Origin: Gemmatales bacterium
GTDB lineage: Bacteria > Planctomycetota > Planctomycetia > Gemmatales > HRBIN36
Reading direction: 5' to 3'
NCBI GenBank assembly: GCA_041640595.1
Contig: JBEPZY010000002.1
Span: forward strand, 532,651-596,650
Length of the DNA: 64,000 nt
Positions 61,467-64,000 of the stretch are shown here, in pieces. The first letter of the stretch is position 1. Each line of letters opens with the position of its first letter. The position numbers and the translations under genes are program-made. Below the pieces are notes generated by a model that saw only the letters and a list, made by a program, of their open reading frames with translations, was not told the origin of the DNA and did not search any database.

Positions 61467-62428
61467 GGTGTTCTCCGTTCGCATTTCGCATGGACTGAAG
61501 CCAGCCGGTTGATGAGTTGACTGGCCACGTGCCAGTCGTCCCAGCCGGCACTCTGTGCTTCGTCTATCAGGCGTTGTACCAGGTCAGCATGTTCCTGGAA
61601 GCGCTCCGCTAGGATTTCCTGAGCCAATAACAGCAATCGCTGGCGCTTTTGTTCCGGCGTATGTCGGCGTCTGGGTTGCCCGGCAAGTTGTTGTAGCAGT
61701 TCGGCCAATCCGGAGCCTTTAGCCGCACTGATGAGCAAGACCGGCTTAGCGGGGAAACCGGGCAGGTTGAGCGTTTGCCGTAATTGCTCGGCCGTGCGCG
61801 AAGCTCCCGGTAAATCCCCTTTACTCACCACAACCAGGTCCGCCACCTCAAGCAATCCCGCTTTTTCCCATTGAATCTCGTCGCCGCTTTCCGGTTGAAT
61901 CAAGAGAACCAGGCAATCCACTAAATCACGGATGGCGACGTCGCTCTGGCCAACGCCTACGGTTTCCACAAGAATCCAGTCGAAAGCGAACCGCTCTAAT
62001 AGTGCGATGCACAGGTCTAAGTTTTCGGCCAGGCCCTGTCTCCCTGGAGGAGCAGCAAGACTACGAATATAGGTCCCCGTATCATCGGGGGTGGTCGGCA
62101 TGCGAATGCGATCTCCCAGTAAGGCCCCGCCTGTTAGAGGACTGCGCGGATCGCAGGCTAGTACGGCCACGCTCTGCCCACGCTCCCGAATCAAGGGTAT
62201 AAGCTTACCAATCAAGGTGCTTTTCCCTGCTCCCGGAGCGCCGGTAATGGCTACGACAAGTGCCGAGGGAGAAACAGCGGATAAGAGCCTGTATAAGTGT
62301 GCTCGATAGTCCTGTTCGCCGGCTAAAGTTAGCAAACGTGCCAGTGCCCTTCGCTCCCCGCGACTATAAGCCTGCCACAATTCTGTTAATACAGGCGGGA
62401 TATCCGACGGGGGACTAATTGCGCTCAT
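61463..62428 (-). CDS. meaB: MeaB/ArgK family G-protein chaperone of B12 mutases
   Basis: TGAPGAGKST, DP.SP.TGGALLGDRIRM, ETVGVGQS and KAGLLE. Confidence 0.92.
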   Translation of the reverse strand: MSAISPPSDIPPVLTELWQAYSRGERRALARLLTLAGEQDYRAHLYRLLSAVSPSALVVAITGAPGAGKSTLIGKLIPLIRERGQSVAVLACDPRSPLTGGALLGDRIRMPTTPDDTGTYIRSLAAPPGRQGLAENLDLCIALLERFAFDWILVETVGVGQSDVAIRDLVDCLVLLIQPESGDEIQWEKAGLLEVADLVVVSKGDLPGASRTAEQLRQTLNLPGFPAKPVLLISAAKGSGLAELLQQLAGQPRRRHTPEQKRQRLLLLAQEILAERFQEHADLVQRLIDEAQSAGWDDWHVASQLINRLASVHAKCERRTP

Positions 62429-62846
62429 GATCGCATTCGCTCTGAAAATACTGCACAATGTCTGCCAATGCCGAACCGGGACCGAAAACTTTATCCACAC
62501 CGCATGCTAATAGCGCAGGCACATCCTCTTCCGGGATAGTTCCGCCCACGACGACACGGACATGGGTAAGCCCTTGCTGGCGGAGCAGTTCTAATACGCG
62601 GGGCACTAACACTAAGTGTGCACCGCTCAGGATACTGATACCTAGCCAGCCAGCGTCTTCCTCGGCGACGACACGGACGACACTTTCCGGACTCAGCCAC
62701 AAACCGGGGTAAATAACTTCGAAACCGGCATCGCGCAGAGCCCGCGCGACCACTTTGATACCGCGGTCGTGCCCATCCAGACCAACCTTGGCCAGGACGA
62801 TGCGTCGAGTCTGGCTCTTCAGCTTACCAGGTGGGGGGACGTTCAT
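62415..62846 (-). CDS. Cobalamin-binding small subunit of acyl-CoA mutase
   Basis: [10 protein letters not shown] (DxHxxG), S.LSGAH and GG.IP; start uncertain. Confidence 0.92.
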   Translation of the reverse strand: MNVPPPGKLKSQTRRIVLAKVGLDGHDRGIKVVARALRDAGFEVIYPGLWLSPESVVRVVAEEDAGWLGISILSGAHLVLVPRVLELLRQQGLTHVRVVVGGTIPEEDVPALLACGVDKVFGPGSALADIVQYFQSECDHERN

Positions 62847-64000
62847 AGCGACCAAAGACATCAGCAAGGGCTTGCATAGCTTCGCCAACACTTACCCGAG
62901 CACCGGCCGCTTCGATCAGCGCAGGCATAAGATTTTCACCTCGCTCCGCAGCCCGACGAATGGCATCTAGATGTCGCTGCACTTCCTCGTTATCACGCTG
63001 CGCCTTGATTCTTCGCAATCGCTCAATCTGCTCCGTTTCGATCGCCGGGTCGAGCCGCAAAATTTCTATGGGATGCTGCTCGGGCTCAATAAAGGCGTTG
63101 ACCCCGACGATAATCTTACGGCGAGCCTCGACCTCGCGCTGATAAGCGTAAGCGGATTCAGCAATTTCGCGGCGGAAAAATCCGTTTTCAATTCCGGCCA
63201 AGACTCCGCCCATCTCTTCGATGCGGTGAAAATACTCCTCTGCCTCTCGTTGCAATTGCCGGGTCAATGCCTCTACATAATAACTGCCACCCAGCGGGTC
63301 CACAGTGTTAGTTACGCCGGTTTCATAGGCCAGCACCTGCTGAGTGCGCAGCGCTAAGGTAGCAGCACGTTCCGTAGGCAGCGATAAGGTCTCATCTAAG
63401 CTGTTCGTGTGAAGGGATTGACAACCTCCCAGCACAGCCGCCAATGCTTGATAAGCGACGCGAATCAAGTTAACTTCCGGTTGTTGGGCTTGCAAGGTGC
63501 ACCCGGCGGTCTGGGCGTGGAAACGCAATTTCCAGGAGTTAGCGTTCTTCGCACCGTATCGCTCACGCATAGCGCGTGCCCACAGAACGCGGGCAGCCCG
63601 GTATTTCGCTACTTCCTCAAAAAGATCATTGTGGGCATTGAAAAAGAAACTCAAGCGGGGAGCGAATTCATCTATATTCAGTCCGCGCTCTAAGCTTTTT
63701 TCCACGTAATGAAAACCATCTGCCAGGGTGAAAGCCAGCTCCTGCACGGCGGTCGCACCTGCTTCGCGGATATGATACCCGCTAATCGAAACCGTATTCC
63801 ACTGCGGCACATACTTAGTGCAGAACTCGATCACATCTATCACCAGGCGTACCGAGGGTTCCGGCGGGAACACGAATTCGTTTTGGGCGTGGAATTCCTT
63901 GAGGATATCGTTTTGAATGGTGCCGCGCAGTCGCTTCCAGTCAAACCCGCGTTCGCGAGCATCGGCCAGGAAAAACGCCAGCATCACGATAGCCGGGGCA
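62824..64000 (-). CDS. B12-dependent acyl-CoA mutase large (substrate-binding) subunit, 5'-truncated by the window edge
   Basis: [38 protein letters not shown] and DPLGGSY. Confidence 0.93.
   Translation of the reverse strand, partial: APAIVMLAFFLADARERGFDWKRLRGTIQNDILKEFHAQNEFVFPPEPSVRLVIDVIEFCTKYVPQWNTVSISGYHIREAGATAVQELAFTLADGFHYVEKSLERGLNIDEFAPRLSFFFNAHNDLFEEVAKYRAARVLWARAMRERYGAKNANSWKLRFHAQTAGCTLQAQQPEVNLIRVAYQALAAVLGGCQSLHTNSLDETLSLPTERAATLALRTQQVLAYETGVTNTVDPLGGSYYVEALTRQLQREAEEYFHRIEEMGGVLAGIENGFFRREIAESAYAYQREVEARRKIIVGVNAFIEPEQHPIEILRLDPAIETEQIERLRRIKAQRDNEEVQRHLDAIRRAAERGENLMPALIEAAGARVSVGEAMQALADVFGRYERPPTW

Overview
GC-rich chromosomal window from a planctomycete, probably Gemmatales-like. 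The assignment is inferred from DUF1800/DUF1501, a DUF1559 prepilin-like gene, three TIGR03067-like genes and a LEDR-type leader motif. Most of the window is housekeeping and envelope genes: purM, coaD, ilvN, secG-yicC-gmk-rpoZ, dprA, PPi-PFK, ruvB, uvsE, a MoxR-DUF58-transglutaminase operon, and a B12 acyl-CoA mutase/MeaB cluster cut by the right edge. No rRNA, tRNA, CRISPR array, integrase or transposase was recognised. The best candidate for an undescribed system is a lower-GC cassette at ~51.6-54.5 kb. It has a clean sigma70 promoter and a strong RBS/ATG. A (CA)7 tract then puts a planctomycete LEDR-type export leader out of frame, and removing one CA unit restores it. Downstream are three divergent TIGR03067-like exported proteins and an orphan C-terminal module broken by a 4-bp duplication. 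The layout resembles a phase-variable polymorphic toxin/immunity or adhesin/partner locus. Other notable items are an ExbB/ExbD/ExbD motor whose ExbDs carry GYF_2-like N-terminal domains, a 21-blade WD40 protein with an apparently nested three-propeller topology, a Fur-box-like site upstream of a SulP transporter, and a mutase with Gln at the Arg207 position. All calls come from reading motifs by eye; no database searches were run.
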